From contig CBFFRP010000198.1 in the NCBI GenBank assembly GCA_965644295.1, positions 1 through 64,000 on the forward strand: DNA of 64,000 bases, in the 5' to 3' direction. A program made the translations under genes and the position numbers. Origin of the DNA: Paraphysomonas bandaiensis. Its lineage: Eukaryota > Protista > Chrysophyceae. Every line of letters starts with the position of its first letter. Position 1 is the stretch's first letter. Below, in pieces: positions 39,801 to 52,100 of this stretch. The notes beneath the pieces are model-generated. The model did not search any database. It had not been told where the DNA came from and was given only the letters and a program-made list of their open reading frames with translations.

Positions 39801-40166
39801 TCCGGAATGAACTTGTCCCGGTTTCTGAAAGGATGGCCAGGCTGAAGCATTCGCTGCCCAATCAGCTGCCCGATGGCTTCCACGGATAGCAAGATAAGTT
39901 ACATTCTGATAAGTTACATTCTGGGTAGCATCAAGTTGCAACAGTTGTTCATTATCGGGATTATCGATCAAATATTTTCGCTCAGCTATCAGGTAATGAC
40001 CTTCACTGTCTTGATCTAATTCATTCGATACCAATATTCCAGTGAAACGATGTTGCGTGGAGCTTAGATTAGCTTTGATTCTGGCAGCATCCGCTGTGTA
40101 GACTTGCTCACAGAGAGTGCCACAGTCAAAAACTACACGCTGCATATTAAAGTCAACAGTTGCCAT
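36822..40166 (-). CDS. Class-3 lipase + TM hairpin + P-loop GTPase fusion protein (intronless, 1114 aa)
   Basis: AIRGS..DW, VHSG, TGHSLGG, TFGSP, DVVP, YRPIG, AH; hydrophobic hairpin at ~aa 730-770; GPTESGKT, RT, DTIG, TKSD. Confidence 0.9.
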   Translation of the reverse strand: MATVDFNMQRVVFDCGTLCEQVYTADAARIKANLSSTQHRFTGILVSNELDQDSEGHYLIAERKYLIDNPDNEQLLQLDATQNVTYQNVTYLAIRGSHRAADWAANASAWPSFQKPGQVHSGWYSRMSKLPLSYLYDRVVLGDEIVITGHSLGGAVAQLLAISLFDEFNNHANKSKYRKKIRCITFGSPMVASGELVDRMNDTLKSRFWNFVHSEDVVPKVLTWTQHVLAYITGKVLERTASATLKACAGSVVNLVQSLMNEEMLVVSARDFGNKLGTAAGNFVRGSNFVLDLITYRPIGTFFKVNSEDQFHSLSDAAVTELFDISEFTISTRIRDAHQLGSSYMSRLNFPDLDDSFTSKVPDELTLEKPVIHELVLRDVIHEGKVSVEVKGEYLYGVRDFFCFSSVREKEKKQCGFIEHIDTRGDCTVNYISSKALFISGPTSPRPSKFQPAVGTCKFTTSSFFAWNEESDHLNVTIVHDDPPINHNNLQSMLYYACHILTLTRDVTAVSRDVSEEFDNLRNVVINIFKTVPIEVGFVFGSPLAEWWLKDHYSQIKSILQASFKGQAVAKCYSKSILEHQKEKKKCDPEFTLPMHLQKFVEDFPDLIFDSNIFHSKPQLAISGYDLMTIRDDEEADDVLVLGKILGLICHELFEARDMLMPSESKDTYDLFLKKLMVGVAGPLTTFISPIWLFFNPSGEDGGPAEASIERFLRSPHVQEIIVLASECTLLGSLALLTATAVVAVISTPIALIAGGVGYGCALAAIAANELSEGWSQRCLVSSSCLRDAFCDQLKVRYPNDASLCEKDRAFKNACARCWELTENSNVDDYQNMVNSLFPGRDRFNVDIKNPTKVMKLHQKNELLSVHAVEVISRRVKLIVLSATLKAAIKQMPIVLIRGPTESGKTALRENMRSCPNHLSYGGGYESRTSVPEIFPCTGVDSNGVPKSFCVLDTIGLGDTTEVAVRESESIAKVNDLYGQMASASIIVCSQKELNKWDVGFATSSISRIERPKPPSPSIPTMTCITKSDSLIQRKGYADPNFRTRIQSQITSALARGYPMDLRSTRESVYFPRVLAAFLHPDDPPIHDDIRGSLVLTPNEVARWVADTLHGKNL

Positions 40167-40223
40167 GCTTCAGTATTCAGAAACAGTATATGCCGTAATA
40201 AGATTGCTGTAATGAAATATTCG

Positions 40224-40280
40224 CACTTGTTCTGCATACTAGTGCAGTTGTTCTGCATACTAGTGCACTTGTTCTGCATA
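40224..40280. repeat. 21-bp tandem repeat x ~3 upstream of the lipase-GTPase ATG
   Basis: GCA(C/G)TTGTTCTGCATACTAGT units. Confidence 0.85.
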
Positions 40281-40889
40281 CAAGTGGTATCTACATACAC
40301 GCTGTAGAGAAGAGAAAGGGTAGAAATCATTAAAAAATCGTGAAAAAGTACCTTTTACATATAATTCCATAACTTTTTAATTTCAACAACCGAAATACTG
40401 CGATTTTAACAAAATCCTGAAATAATTATTGTGAAAAACAGTCATTTTAGTGCCTCTCATCGACATGACAAGTGGACTTTTTCATTCCTTGGGAAGAAAG
40501 TGTAGTTTTCACATTACAACCACAGCACACACTCCAACGACTTGAAAAGATGCTAATATCTTCACTATAAAAAGTGGCGCTTAGCTTAGCATAAATTCAA
40601 TTTACCACACTTATCGCATGTGATGTCAGGATTTTAGGAAATATATACTGTCTCGTTGGTTATGTATGGTAGTGGGGTGACTGTATAGTACGAATAGTGG
40701 TATGGTATACGCTGCCTGTCATGTAATAGTGGAATCATATCATCACACTAACGGTCCAATTGTTACATATCACTGACAAGAACACAGAGAACAGCGATCG
40801 GAAGCGCTCAGGAGGTAGTCTCAAAGCGTCTATGCACGAAGACAGAAAGGTATTACGGCGGCATGATGAAACTATTCTCTCAATGATGG

Positions 40890-41575
40890 ATATTGAAAGT
40901 CTTTTTATTTAGCAATAGGCGTTAAAATCCAGCACCAATATAGTGGCTAGTTGAATGCTAGACATACTAGTTAGACCTCTACCCATAACTAATCAGCACT
41001 AATTCCATTATCCTACTATTTGACGCTACGGAAGCTACTTGTTCGTCGCCGCAAGCACCAAGGTGCTACCACTTCCGTTCTTAATGTTGTTTGTGAGTTT
41101 CGCCCTGCTCGTGTGTCTTTGGACTCACTGGCGCGTGTTGTCTGGGGGCCTCCCCTTGGGATAAGGTTCCATCAGGCTCTGAAGTACAGGGTTCTGCATT
41201 AAGGTCCGAAGTGTACCTAGCACTAGATGTGTGTGCTGAGAGGTGAGTGGTGTGGTGGAATGTGGCGTTGTCTCCGTCAGGCATAGGTGGAGTTGCCGGA
41301 GACGGCGTCGTTGTCTAGGACCTGATGGCTTCATGCGGTCCGGTGCTTTGTTCCTGCGTGTATGAGAGGTGGGGTTCGTGTGTGCGGTGGACGGTGTTCC
41401 AGTCTCGAGTCGTCTTTGGACTCCTAGTAATTGTAGCACCCTTGGGCGTTTCCATTTCTGTCTCTGAATGATGGATACGAGGCATACATGAAGATCTACC
41501 AGTAGTCTCTTCATTGTACCACTCTCATACTGGAGAGTTTCCGAGTGATACTTTGATTGAAGTTTTTGGTCATAT
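40890..41575 (-). mobile_element. Diverged relative of the 30573 retroposon (ORF end KGRPPDNTRQ* plus conserved 3' UTR)
   Basis: Aligns with 30574-30850 (ATATTGAA..TTTAGCAATAGGCGTT..CGTCGCCGCAAGCACCAAGGTGC). Confidence 0.8.
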
Positions 41576-41929
41576 GTATTGGTAACGGAAGTGACTACAT
41601 TCTGGATGAAGAAAATATTTTCTACAACTCAGTAAGCAATATCCGGTAAAATAGAGGCACTTCATATTACAGTCCATCTTCAGTTCATATGGATGACGGT
41701 TTATGCAATAGTTTAGATGGAAGTGCACGCAACAGTTAGTTGGCAATCTGCAGTTCATATGAGAGTGCATGCAACAATCATTCAGATGACATTTTATACC
41801 ACGGTTCAGATGAAAGTGTATGGAACAGTTTAGATGACAGTGAGTCACGTGTACTACCTTTTAAAAGGCAGTTAAAAGGTAAAAGTAATGGTATAGTTCA
41901 GCACTTCAAAGTAAATTATTACTATATGG

Positions 41930-42470
41930 CAGGGCTAGGAAACAATATATTGCAAGACTATTGTTAGAGAGCGTTCCAATGTATTAGTATGACTAATCAG
42001 TAAGTAAACACACCCGTACATTCCATTTTTAGTATTAGTCATTAAGATATTAAGATCACATGACAACCAAACCAACTACTGCTTATAGCTAATAAAAACC
42101 CACCACGTCCTCATCCTCTGAGCCATCATCGGTGACGTCAACATCACCATATTCATTCTCAGATTTAATTGAAAGTAGTACGCGGGCAGGCGGGTGGCAG
42201 AATCTCGGTGTTATATGTGTGGTACCATCAAGCCAACTACATTATCTATATTGTGTTAATAGAAGTACTGTATATACATCATGTGTGAGTACTATTTGAG
42301 CTGGCGATATATTAAAACTAGAAAACAAGATCAAAAATAAGCTTTTTCTTATTTTTCTATACATGGACTTATATTTTGTACCCTACGTAATAATGATTGC
42401 AATATATTGTGAGCTACCTTAACAGAAGCAGTATTGAAGAAATTCTTGGTCGGTCCACCAATCAATATAT
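41930..42470. mobile_element. hAT MITE copy (one end eroded)
   Basis: Starts CAGGGCTAGGAAACAATATATTG; internal match to 10060-10240. Confidence 0.8.
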
Positions 42471-42574
42471 TGCTCCGCTGTAACTAATACGAAAAAGGAC
42501 AGGAATACATTCATGAGATTCTTACATATCGATCTGTAATCAGGTAGTAATTTAACAACTAAAACGAAACGGGA

Positions 42575-42928
42575 TTAGTACTTTAGCGAGGTAATCCACA
42601 CTGCAATATCTTCATCTTCACTTGAAAAGGATGCTCCAAAAGGCGTGTTGAGGTTAACCGAAGTGGAAAAATAATCAATTCTAGGATTTCCATCATAATC
42701 ATCGGCAGCCATGCCGAAGCGGATAAAAAAAGGAAATTCCTGAAATGATGCCCAATACTGAAGGCCTATCAATCCAAAACTATCATTTCTCATAACTTTG
42801 ATAAAATGTCCACCACCAACACTAAAAGTTGCTTCCGACTTATTTTCAATCATATACAAGAGTCCATGATGAGCAAATTGTGTTTCACCAAGAACATTGA
42901 TGGCCACTGCTTGCAAGCGGTCCGTCAT
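42575..42928 (-). CDS. Small beta-rich hypothetical protein (~117 aa)
   Basis: Open frame with protein-like composition from MTDRLQAVAINVLG; the upstream part of the ORF call runs into microsatellite. Confidence 0.55.
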   Translation of the reverse strand: MTDRLQAVAINVLGETQFAHHGLLYMIENKSEATFSVGGGHFIKVMRNDSFGLIGLQYWASFQEFPFFIRFGMAADDYDGNPRIDYFSTSVNLNTPFGASFSSEDEDIAVWITSLKY

Positions 42929-43067
42929 ACTTTTCAAATATCTAAGTGCTCCAGGTATAATAATATGGTAGAGGCTTGATATCCAGATAAGACTCTGAGG
43001 GGTACGTACAGATATACAGATGGATGGATACACAAGATACATACACAAGTGTATGCACTGCTGTATA

Positions 43068-43280
43068 GACATACCTACATACCTACATACCTACATACAT
43101 ACATACATACATACATACATACATACATACATACATACATACATACATACATACAATTATGTATTTGGAAAATGGCATACACAATATTGTAATATTGTAA
43201 TATTGTAATAATGTAATATTGTAATATTGTAATAATGTAATAATGTAATATTGTAATAATGAAATATTGTAATATTGTCA
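43068..43280. repeat. (TACA)n followed by (AATATTGT)n-like array
   Basis: Visible directly. Confidence 0.95.
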
Positions 43281-43594
43281 TGTTACTTGAATTATTGGAA
43301 TTCCAGTGGTATAAAAATGTCGTACTTGGAATTCCTAAAAGTTTATGGTGTTGACTCTACTTCAATATTACTTCAATGTAGCTGTTTACATATATATATG
43401 TACGTATATAAGTATATAGGTATACTCTACTCCACTGTCTATATATAGAGCATCTGTGTATAGGATAGTACGTACATGAACGTACATGTATATGTATGTA
43501 TCTATTGCAACATCTAGCTATAGACATACATACATATATATATACATACATACATCCCAAACATCTCTCATAACTCTATTCAACACACTTTATC

Positions 43595-44563
43595 ATGTTA
43601 ACTAATAAACCATTATCCCTTTATCTTGCATGGTTAATCCCATCATCATTATCATTCATATCATCTCTATATATTCTTTATTATATTATACATCAAAACA
43701 AATTAAGATCACAGTGTTATCATCAATTAATTTTATTATTAGCTATTACAGATTTAATACAAAGTGGTAATTGGTTTATTGGTCCTAAATATACTGCAAC
43801 ATATCAACAATGTGCATTACAAGAATATTTATTACAAGCTGGTACACTTTATAAATCATTTACTACCTTGATTATATGTAGTATTGCAATGTATATTGTA
43901 CGATTAAATAAACATCCACCACAAAAAATTGTATTACAATATACTTTTATGATATTATTAATACCAACAATGGCATTAATTTTATCAATTTTATTGCATT
44001 CAGCTCGAGTGTTTTGTACAGTGGATATTAAGAGTTATAATGAGGCTTCTCACGATGGAAGGGTCGCTATATTAGCATTCTGGTTATGTTTTGAAGTCCT
44101 GGTCTACCTTTGCACCTTTATTGATATCATACTATTGTTTTCAATCAGCAAACACCTGAAGGAGTCTCATTCCAACCTCTGTGGAAGGAACTTAGGTATC
44201 TTGTCTACCGCAAGTGGGAAGAACACGAGGGATTATCAACAAACGCTATTCGTGAACAAACTCCGTATATTTCCCTTTATCGTAGCCGTTTTGCTGATTC
44301 CTGATTCTGTCTCACTGATGGTAATTCTATTGACAGGGAGGGGCGCCCTTACCCTCAGATTAATAGCTAATGCTTGTTGGGGCTCAACTGGATGGATCAT
44401 TTCCATTGGCTATTTCTACTTCCAATATACTCATCATTCACAAATGTCGAAAACCGTAGTGGTTAAACGCGTGTTGCCTGTATCTAGCCCTGTAAAGAGT
44501 TTGGATGCGAGTGCCACTCGTAGCTCTGCAACTGTCGTCGATACTGAAGATGCGAAAATATAA
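43595..44563 (+). CDS. 7TM GPCR-like protein (GCR1/cAMP-receptor-like)
   Basis: Seven hydrophobic segments; LSFISS, LILLLAITDL, C.LQ in ECL1, basic ICL3 KLRIFP, TGW in TM7. Confidence 0.8.
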   Translation: MLTNKPLSLYLAWLIPSSLSFISSLYILYYIIHQNKLRSQCYHQLILLLAITDLIQSGNWFIGPKYTATYQQCALQEYLLQAGTLYKSFTTLIICSIAMYIVRLNKHPPQKIVLQYTFMILLIPTMALILSILLHSARVFCTVDIKSYNEASHDGRVAILAFWLCFEVLVYLCTFIDIILLFSISKHLKESHSNLCGRNLGILSTASGKNTRDYQQTLFVNKLRIFPFIVAVLLIPDSVSLMVILLTGRGALTLRLIANACWGSTGWIISIGYFYFQYTHHSQMSKTVVVKRVLPVSSPVKSLDASATRSSATVVDTEDAKI

Positions 44564-46148
44564 ACAAAATAGAAGTGCAAATATCTGGTGCAAGTTTTTG
44601 TTACCATGTTTTTTGTGTCATTTATATCTAAAGGTTATTGATAGATATACAGCGTTCGATGTGAGTTTACTGTGTTATTGAAGACGAAAATTTATGCCCA
44701 GAGTGCAGCTATTGTAAGTATGATAATCGAATTTAAGTATACTCTTTATTCAAGGAATTAGATATCACCTCATTAGAAGAAAACTATGGCGTTGTGTATA
44801 TGTACTTATGTATCCGTACGTACAATGTATATACAGGATAGATAGTATGAAAGGTTAATAGTAGTATAATGTAAGTTGGTGAAATATTATGTAAGAGCTC
44901 GCTTTGAAGTCACTGCTTTTTTCTTAAAACCGTGAAGTAATTGCAATCCAGTTCACATCAGAGCCTGGTAACCATTAATGGTAGCCCAGTTCCCAGCAAT
45001 TATAACGGCATTAGATAATACCACTCATAATAGATAGTGTGGTGCTCCCTTAATTACGATTTTTTAGCTAAATAGCAGACTATGAATTGTAACTACTTTT
45101 CGCTCTCTACTGGCGCATTAGCATCTTCTTGCAGGGCTTCATGGAGGGCATAAGCATCCCACAACATGAAATTGGCTCGTAGGAATAGCAACGATTCTAG
45201 ACGATATGGATTCATGTTTCTACGCTCAAGTGTCATTGAAAAGCCGTAGGCTTTTTATAACACCCTTTGACACAGGGTATATTTAGCTCTCCTTGTTTTG
45301 TATGAGATTGATGACAACAAAAGATAAGAACAAGACAAGAATAAGACTGCTAGGATTTACGGATTTACCCTCGAACACACGATTTCGTTGGTCTATGCGA
45401 TTACCAGACTATTAGGATTTACCCTCGAGCACAAGACTTAGTTGGTTTACTCTATTGCCACTCGTTGGTTTACGCCTATATCCATATGGTAGTCGGTGTT
45501 ATAGCGACTTGGGTTATAAAGCATTGATTGGTACTGCATGTGCGGTATTCGTGGTCCACTCATCGGTATGAGCAACCCATTGATGGTTTTGAACAACTCT
45601 ATGTACTGTGCCCATCCGCTCGGACTCTGATATACGAATTGGTAACATGCCATCGATTTCTCTGGAGCGGGAACAAATTGGTAAGAGGTCATAGGTCTGA
45701 GATGTAAGGAAGGCATGGGTGATAATGTGATGCAGAAATAAATGTAAAATAGTCGCTGCGAATATTGTACACAGCTGATATATACAGTGTTTATTCTATA
45801 TTAATAAGCAAAGACTATACTTATATATACTTATGATGCATAGACAGTTCACCTTCATAATATATTTTTACAACAGCTTAATATATTGCATCTTTTTGTA
45901 GATTTACCTTAGCACACAATTATTTAGTACTGTTGAAGAGATTGTGCCATGTGCCATGCATATATAATATATATAATGAGAAGGAAACAAGTTACTACAT
46001 GGGCTCTCAAATAAAAACCATACAAGCTCAAGAGAAAACACTACTGGTCTGTGTGTATACTACATATTAATTTACTGGAAAAGACTAAATATAACCTGTA
46101 AATAAGCTACATATATTCCGACCATATAAGTATTCATGCATCGTATGC

Positions 46149-49100
46149 TCATGAGACAGCACACTGTGCTCCTGCTTGGCTATCTAGGTCGTCTTCAGCC
46201 ATATCGCTTCGATTCAATTGCCTGACAGGCTGCTCCCCCTCTCGACTTGTCCCCCTCTCGACTGTATATACATGTTGCCCTGATGTGTTACAATCAGCCG
46301 TCCTACGCGATGTTGTTGGCATCTCGTTAGGTGAAGCCTGAATACGCAGTGACTCCACCGCACTACTACCCTCCACAGATACGTCGTCCTGCATTTCGCC
46401 CTCAGTAACTGAGGATTCCACCTGGTAAATGTCCTCCACGCGAGCAGTTCTGAGGTCTCGGCGCATATAGAACAGCACATACGCTGACGGAGACACAATG
46501 TCACGCGAGGATGACACAGGCATGACCATAGAGTCATTGTAGCACCACCACTTCTGACTGAGTGGGATGGTGGGGGATGGAGGAGGGGAACCACTGCTAT
46601 CCATATGCGATCCCCCCAGCACAGACTGTATGTGCCCATTGTCGTCCCGCACAGTGGATATATAGTGACCTCCGCCGAGCGCACCCACATGGTATACCGC
46701 ACTGTAGAGGTCATAGCTGGTGCTACTTGAGTCAACTTGGATATCCTCCGATACATTTGACGAAACACGGGTATCTAAGCTGGATGCCCGCAACAACTCA
46801 CGTTCTTCCTCCTCCTCCGCAATTACGAGGTCAACCACACTGCTGTTGTGGCTCATACCTGGAGTGCCCGAGCCTCCACTGACATCATCCTCAGAAATAG
46901 TCTTGTTGCTATCAACCACATCATGGCCACAGCCATTCATTTCTCCGCACTTTGAATTATTGTAAACATAACCCTCTGGTGTCACCTGCCCTGTATCGCT
47001 GTACATTTCACGAGCACTTGGAGCTAGAAAAGGCCGCATATCTAAACCTTCCAGAGGGAAATCAACCTGGAATTGAATCATGAACATCATTGCAAAAAGT
47101 TAATCTAAAATACCTGATTGGTTAGCTTTCTTCTGGAGTAAGTATTGAACTGAAATCGTTTGAGTTGAATTATTAACACCGGTGGAAGGCGCCACAAAGC
47201 AAAACTCCGTCTGAATAATATATTAGACAGTTATTCATTGCATGAAGAAAACCTGCCTCAGGCAACCGTCATCATGACATTTCGGGCACACCATATCATC
47301 CAAAGGCTCTTCTTCAGTGAATTTCTTTAGACATTTATCCAGCGGGAGTTCCCGGGTCTAAGTAGGCAGAGTTATCACAGTCGTAGGCTGAGCGAAAATG
47401 CTTAACCTGATAAGTGTAGTGATCCTTCAACGAAGGGTGCTCCGTGACTACATCAGCTGGTTGGAGGTCTAATACTTCCTGAAAATATGAAATAAGTTGA
47501 TAAAGAATGTTGGTGATGCCTCGGAAGTGCTACACTGACCTGGTAAACTACAAAATGCCAATCGATAGCTATCCTCATGCCGTCACACAGTGCTATCTGC
47601 AATATCATTACTGACAGTACGGATGCTCATATAGTTCACAGCATACCGTAGATTCGTCATCATCGTACGGTATAAGACAACCTTCACATCTACTGAGCCA
47701 TAGGCATCTACATAATATAATATTAGATTCTGAACCGCCAATGCCAATAAAAAACATACCTGGAGCAAAAGTCGCCATTGGGAGTAACCAATCTAAACAG
47801 AGATTAATCGAGCACATGAGCAGTAGTTTTTATCTGTCTAACCTCAGAACAAACCCGTGGGGGGGTATATCTCCACCGATAGCATCCTCTGTAGCAACAG
47901 GTCGAACACGTGGATGAGGAACATCACGATCACTGATCACATCAGGCAGTGAGCTGTCTGCGCGATGCAGAGAGTCTGCTGCAATCCCCTCATTCACCGT
48001 AAAACTGCATTTGTTCGCAGGTTTATGTGATGTAACTGTAGCACTCATCATATTGGACTTCGCTAACTGAGATATCTACCAATATACACACAGTGAGGTG
48101 CTACAATCCAATAATAGTGCATGTAGCGTACCGGTGATTTCAAGTACATACCAACCCTCTCAGATACGGCTTCATACAATTGGGTGGAAGTTATATTCGA
48201 TGGAAGAACCTCTACTAATGGTAGCCCAACAGGATCCATTTTAAACAGCTCAAGACCACCATTATTAATACATCGCAATCGCCGGTGCATGAATACAACT
48301 TCAACCTGTGTGCATACGTGACATTGAAAATAAATGTTGACAAGTGGGCCATACCACACTTTTGGTGAGTGGAAGAGAGGTTGCCAATTTCTCCGGTCTA
48401 GAATACTCGTCAGATGTATACTCCTCAGTGTCTTCATCATTTGCAGGCAATTGCATGTGGTGGGACTCCATCTCACTTGCACTCCCTGCCCGGCTTCGTT
48501 TACCCTCCCGCGGAGTAACATTAGGCCCCTCATTAGCCGAACGCTTCACGCGATATCCATCCCCACACAAACCAACACCATTCTCATTATCGCTATCATC
48601 CATACTAACTGTTGCAGCAGAACTATTATTAATCATATGGCTCCTTCGAGGCAAGGAGTTACACTTATAAGTCGGGAGCTGCAGTACCTATAACATGGTG
48701 TCAATGGAGTTTACATGCAATTTAGGACAGAGTACTTGGTAAAAGAAAATGTTGTCGCTGTCTCGAACAGTATCTAATTTCCGATCTAGAGACGGTAGTC
48801 CAAACGCCTTCATCTGAACTATCTCGACAGCTAAAAATACAGAGTCCTTGGATATACCAGGAATGCTGTACTCTCTAATCGCATCTACGACATTTCGAAA
48901 AGACCCGCACTTTGGGACCCGTACGCTGCAAGTAAAAACTCCGAGACTTTCTTTCACATTTCGAGGTACCACATGAATAACCATCGATCTCATTTCATCT
49001 TCAGGAAGAGGAACGGACAGCATATTGAAGGGTTCAAACCTAGCCGAATTGTATGTACACCGAGTACAACGCGTGATGGACTTGAACTGACCGGTAAATA

Positions 49101-52100
49101 TCGCTTGGACTACAGAGAAATCCCTTTTGAGATGATTCTGCCACCAAATGTCTGCTAACACCACATCTGGGCGGTCATCACTGTCCGGTTGTTCAGTATA
49201 TGGTTTATCATGAACTAAATTTAAATCTTCCGATAGTCCATCGAGCAGAAACGAGAGTAGCTACACCAAGTGCACGATTAACGAAAACAATAGCACATTG
49301 GGATAGGGGACACACACCTCCTGAGCATCGTGTTGGTCATCGCCCGCAAATTGATCTCGTAACGCTCCAATTTCTCGTCTAAAACGCTTAGGAGAGACGC
49401 TATATGGACCTGCACCAGCTGGAGAACTGACACCTACTCCCATCGCACCGCTCACTGCACCAGTAACCGCCGCCAGGGCTCCCCCAAGATCTGACTGACG
49501 TGAGAGCCACAAGTCACTGACTAGCTTACTGAACGCCAACGCTACCCTTCCTTCATACCCATGTTTGTTGGTTGTGTTGAGGTCCTTCAAGTACCGTTTC
49601 GTAAGAAAATATTCAACAAGGAAGCTCGTGTGTAAAAGGGCTTGAAGGGACGCATTCATATAACAAGTGTTACCCAGGTTGTCAAGGCCCACACGACCGT
49701 TGTTTAACACCATCGAACCCTCACGCATGCTACTACCCATCGATGCTAAAGAAGATGATGAGTCGTGCCCACTGATGCCATTTTTTTTACTCTCTTCCAA
49801 TTCTAAAAAACTGTTACACAACTACACCATTGCAATGTGCATCTGACCTAGTTGATGATGAAGCTGGGACTTGGGCCACGTACCATCACTGAGGGCGCAC
49901 TCTACTAGCAGAATTTGTCCATCTTGAAGACATATCTGTTTCACTTGTTAGATGCCTATACATCATTTCATGCAAAAACCTTTTCAATCGACAACTCTGG
50001 AGATAAAATATAATGCTTTTTCCAGTTTTTGTTATCAATATTCCAAAGGCGGATCTAAAGAGGTACTGTTAACAAGAGGACATATGCGAAAAAAACAGTA
50101 ACCTTCGAAGGATCAGGAAGGTATCGCGTTCGACAGAGCTCCTCTGTAATCTGCTATATCATCAGTGCATCGATCTAGAAAATATGTAGCGCTGATATCT
50201 CACCTCTGCAATTGTACTTGTCCAAGAAAACAGCATCTCAACGGTGTAATTGTCTCTACATCAACATAAGCTTAGACGCAGCACAGTGCTACCATGAGAG
50301 CGGGTTTACATACTTCGGCTTTCCATTATCGTCACAAAAGTTAAACTTCAAGCAGGGCGGGAATAATTCCAGTGTGGGGCGAGTGTCGATAGCTTGTGAC
50401 GATACCAGGCGAGACACGACAGAGCGAACAATCTGTGCAAAGTGTTAGACAAAAATGCAGCATATCGCCATGCTGTACTGTAGGCGGAAGAGTCGATCAG
50501 GTATAATTTGTTTCATCAGAACAACACCATATCTCATATGTCGAATACCGCACCTTCGGTCCTCCACCGTACCAAGACTGCACCGCACTGAACACTCCAG
50601 GTGGTATCACTTCGAAATCTTTCCCTCGCAAGGAACCCTATTACCTCATCATCTGACAACCAGCGGATGATTTACATTTTACGTACCGGGAGCAGTTGTT
50701 TAGTAGTAGTGGATTTCTTCAGTATTGTCCAATTATCTATCATAGGTGGTGGAGGTTCTTCCTGAACAACAGTGCGTTACTATTACTAAAGTGTAGTCGT
50801 GCATGAACTTACATGTCCCGCTTCGCCAACGAACTTTTGCCACTGTGACAACCACGCGCTAGAAATGACACACCACTTCGTTCCTACTGGTCCAAATGGC
50901 AGGCGTTGAGTCTGATCGGCCGCCTGACCATACACTCATCACATGCAACGAGCACATACACACAGTATTGATGATTAATCTACATGCAAGATCTTACCCA
51001 CCTCCTGGCTCCACAAAACGGTGATGTACTCCATTTCGAGTTCCGGTGTGGCAGGTCGGAGGCCAAACAGGCAGCATGCCGTCATGGCTAACATTTTTAA
51101 TCCTGGGAGTTCGTCAGCATATGCACATATCAATTGTACATATCGCTGCAACAGGAGGCCAGTTTCTTTCTCGATGGCATCGAGATCACTCTTCAAATTT
51201 TCGTGACCGCTCGGAACGTAGGCAGCCAACGGAGCCTCATGAGCGGGACTTCCTGGATCACATGCCGCTTTGGGCAGCGCTAGAATATATACCAGTCTCC
51301 TAAGCTGCTCCGCAGAAACTACACTAGGATCTTCTCTGGAGCTCACGGATTGCTGTTGCAGGGCAACACATAATGCAGACGCTTTGTCCTCATCGCTCGA
51401 GAGACCATACACCATACAGAACTCCGCAAAATCCACAAACCGCCACACCGTCTTGAGCGGCCTGTCCAATTTAGATCTAAAGATAATAAGGGCTAGGGAT
51501 GGGGGCAGCGAGTTCGCAGTCCAGGAAAGCCATGCATCCTCGGAGAGCTCTGCTTTACCTGCGCCTCCGTCTGAGCATCGAGAATAAAATACCTATATGG
51601 GATACAAAGGAAACATTTGTAAATATAATAATTCGAGGAAGTGTTTCAAACCTGTCGTAATTGGTCACAAGTAGACTTTGGCACCCCATATCTTGCCATC
51701 ATTTGTTCACTTTCGAGCGCTGCGGAATACTGTCTCTCTAGCGAAGCTAAGCGAGGAGGAGGAACCTCAGCAAATATAGTGAGGGTTGCTTGAACCCACC
51801 CAGACATTACACTTAGTTGGCCAGGATAGCTCTCGAAATCCCTTTGAGAGATAGCATATTGAGTCAGACTGGTGGAGAACAAGTCATTCAGTTCCGATTT
51901 CGCTGCTTCCTTATTGAGACCATTCCCATAGGCTAAAATTATTATCTTTTCAATGCGTTTTCGATCAAGTTCATGACTGCCAGGATACACGTACACTCGA
52001 TAGAGAAACTTTGTAAGGGCCACACGATCATGTCCACTCACAGCTGCGAGAGAAGATATAAAATCTTTGACATCTACTTTACTGTATATATCTGCTGCAA

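Noticed and set aside
45340-45716. Short direct repeat and 89-aa ORF
   Set aside because: No recognisable motif or gene structure.
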